This document shows, in pieces, positions 61,571 through 64,000 of a stretch of 64,000 bases of DNA. This DNA is from Octopus bimaculoides (lineage: Eukaryota). The notes under the pieces are model-generated. The model was given only the letters and a program-made list of their open reading frames with translations. It was not told the origin of the DNA and did no database searches. The translations under genes and the position numbers were made by a program. Location of the stretch: the NCBI RefSeq assembly GCF_001194135.2, contig NC_068986.1, forward strand, positions 30,637,974 to 30,701,973, in the 5' to 3' direction. The number at the start of each line of letters is the position of its first letter. The first letter of the stretch is position 1.

Positions 61571-63091
61571 ATGTTTGACTTATACCAGTTTGAATAGCAC
61601 AAAATTTTTCCAATATAAAATCTTCAATTTCAGTGTTAAAGAATGTACATTGTAAGATCTACAGTCTGTTAATTAAAACTTGTATGTTCATTGTCAGTTT
61701 ACATCCACTTGGTTTCTATAGCTGAATGCTCTTTCTAATACCAACCACTTGATAGAGTACTGCAGATATTTTTCATGGTACCAGTATGGGAGAATGATGG
61801 ATAGGAAGACATGGCTAAATGGTGAGAATGAATAATGTTGAAACTTGGGAGGCCACAAGACTTATTCGGCCCTCTCACCAGTCCACTCCTCTGTCTCACA
61901 CACACATTATAGAGAATTTAGAAATGAAACAACTAATAATTGCGGGGCATTGAATGTTCCAGTACCTACAATAATAGTTACTCTACAAATACATCAAGTT
62001 CTTTGAGACTTTCATGCCTGGTACACTGTCTTTGCATGTGTGTATGATGTTTGTCATAATTTTTGCATCGACTTTCCCATGCTGGCAGGAATTGGACAGA
62101 TCACTTTGAGGCAGTGTTTTGCCACCAGATGCACCTTCCTGGTGTTAACCTTTTTAGGTGCTTCCTGTGATATGCAAGAATATGGTGTATCTATTCTAAA
62201 AACCAGGATACACATGGTATGTTTGTGTATAAGATGATGATTTCGTTGATGATTCAACATTAAGAAATGTAGGCATAATATCTGAAACCTGCAAATTGAT
62301 ACCTGTGCATTCACATATATATATTCATCTGTTTATTAATTTATATATATATATACACGCACACACACACACACACACACGCAGATTACATTTTTATGTC
62401 TTCTTTTCTAAGCTAGTATGGCTTGACTGAGAGATTTTAGGCAATGTTTTTAAGGCCTGTCCTTCTTGATGCCGACTCATATGTACATATGTCTGCTCTG
62501 TGTGTGTGTGTGCATGCATGCACATGTATTCCTATTACTGTAGGATTTTAGAGAGCAAAAAAAAAAAAACTTCACTGATGTATGGTGCTACAGATCAGCT
62601 AAACATGTCTATCAAGACTAGCTGAAAAAGAGTAGAATTTCTGTTCTCCAGCTAGCAACATGTGTAGAACGGAATGTCTTTCAGGCAACAACTTGAGTAG
62701 AAATCAATTACAGCTGATTAGGAACATATAGGAAAAAAAAAATGTACTGAGCCCAAATTACTGATTGGTTGATGAAAATTAATTCCTACCAAGTAAACCT
62801 CAATAAATGCTTGTGATTACATCATAGTTATGTCATAATGCTACAAAATAAATCTACCTTTTTCACATGAGATAGTCACAATGGTTCCATTGACTAGATA
62901 TTTTACAAAAATTAATATTGCCTCCATTCAAATGAAAAATGATTGTTAATAAAATTTAATGATTCAGTAATTCAAATTTTTATATTAGTTCCAGTCACCT
63001 CATAATTTACAACCTAAAATAAACTACAAAATCGGTCTTTCTTTTGTCTTACCATATATGCATTAGCATTCACTCACTTTTATTTACATAT

Positions 63092-63301
63092 GAGTGGCTG
63101 TGTGGTAAGTAGCTTGCTTTCCAACCACGTGGTTCCGGGTTCAGTCCCACTGCGTGGCACCTTGGGCAAGTGCCTTCTACTATAGCCTCGGGCCAACCAA
63201 AGCCTTGTGAGTGGATTTGGTAGACGGAAACTAAAAGAAGCCCGTCAACTGGCCCCCTCTCCAAAAATTTTGGGCCTTGTGCCTAGAGTAGAAAAGAATA
63301 T
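63092..63301 (+). mobile_element. SINE family A head fused to family C-type tail
   Basis: 63092-63246 matches the family A head. 63247-63301 (ccccctctccaaaaattttgggccttgtgcctagagtagaaaag) matches the tail of the family C copy ending near 6522. Confidence 0.75.
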
Positions 63302-63471
63302 TTCTGCATAGCCTGGTGTGCTTTCATGGCAGATTGGAAGTGAATGATACCGCTTGTATGATGGTCACACTCAGTTACAAAAATCTCAAACACACACAAA
63401 ACTGGCTTCTTTCAGCATCGACCTAGCAAATATACTTGCAAAGTTTTAGTTGGCCTAGGACTATACTAGAA

Positions 63472-63657
63472 TGGTGCTCTGCAACCGGTATGCTATGGCA
63501 CACTGGTGTGCCAAAATACCGTGCTAGGTGTGCCGCAGTGTAACCTGAATATAATTTTTTCCCTATACTTTTAGTTATATTCTTAGTTCAGGTGCACCAC
63601 TAAATATTGAAAAGAATATAAGTGAACTACAAGTGAAAAAAAGGTTGCAGAGCACTG
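63472..63657. mobile_element. hAT-like MITE nested in an old family A SINE
   Basis: TIRs (tg)gtgctctgcaacc and ggttgcagagcactg. SINE sequence stops on the left and resumes on the right. Confidence 0.7.
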
Positions 63658-64000
63658 CTATAGAGAACTCTTATTCAAGAGGTGGCACTGCAGTGAGACT
63701 GAACCTGAAACCACGTGAATGGACTCCACTATATACATACATGCATACACACTCTTTAAAATCACAATTTTGCTTTCAGTTAGATTAAATTACTACCTAC
63801 CAACCAACCAACCAGCCCAAACCTATCAAAATCTATGTATCCCATGTGTACTCTCTGGTGGCTCTACTGTTTTAGTTATCTGATAAGAACATCCAATGCT
63901 GTGATTAATCACTCCAACATCTGTTATTCTGTGTCAACTCCTATCTCTCTCAAGTAGTTTCCAAATGAGTTGTAATTTTTTTTTTTTTTTTTTTTTTTTT

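Noticed and set aside
151-64000. Short ORFs rich in YIYIYI, VCVCVC, HTHTHT, LSLSLS or ERERER
   Set aside because: These are translations of (TA)n, (TG)n and (CT)n microsatellites or of SINE bodies.

Overview
This is AT-rich (roughly 30-33% GC by eye), CpG-depleted, repeat-dense animal DNA from a gapped draft assembly with 7 N-runs. The SINE families, RTE-like LINE remnants and microsatellite load point to an octopus genome (inference from repeat recognition, not a database hit). The only confidently identified gene is Smurf (C2-WW-HECT E3 ligase, + strand). It is represented by two C2-domain exons (41458-41496, 45139-45247); its first coding exon and the exon after 45247 were not found in the window. 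A second, unidentified multi-exon gene is plausible on the - strand, head-to-head with Smurf (candidate start at 36371, phase-compatible exons running toward about 2.3 kb). This rests on splice signals and frames only. The rest is decayed transposons: three or more tRNA-derived SINE families, an RTE-type LINE, mariner, Gypsy and Penelope-like fragments, MITEs and simple repeats. The oddest features are a ~1.2 kb, ~15-20% GC, CpG-undepleted foreign-looking segment ending in a perfect 147-bp hairpin, and a hammerhead-like motif in a Penelope-type fragment. I found no supportable evidence of a prokaryotic-type system (CRISPR, operon, defence island). Most listed ORFs are artefacts of N-gaps, microsatellites or decayed repeats.
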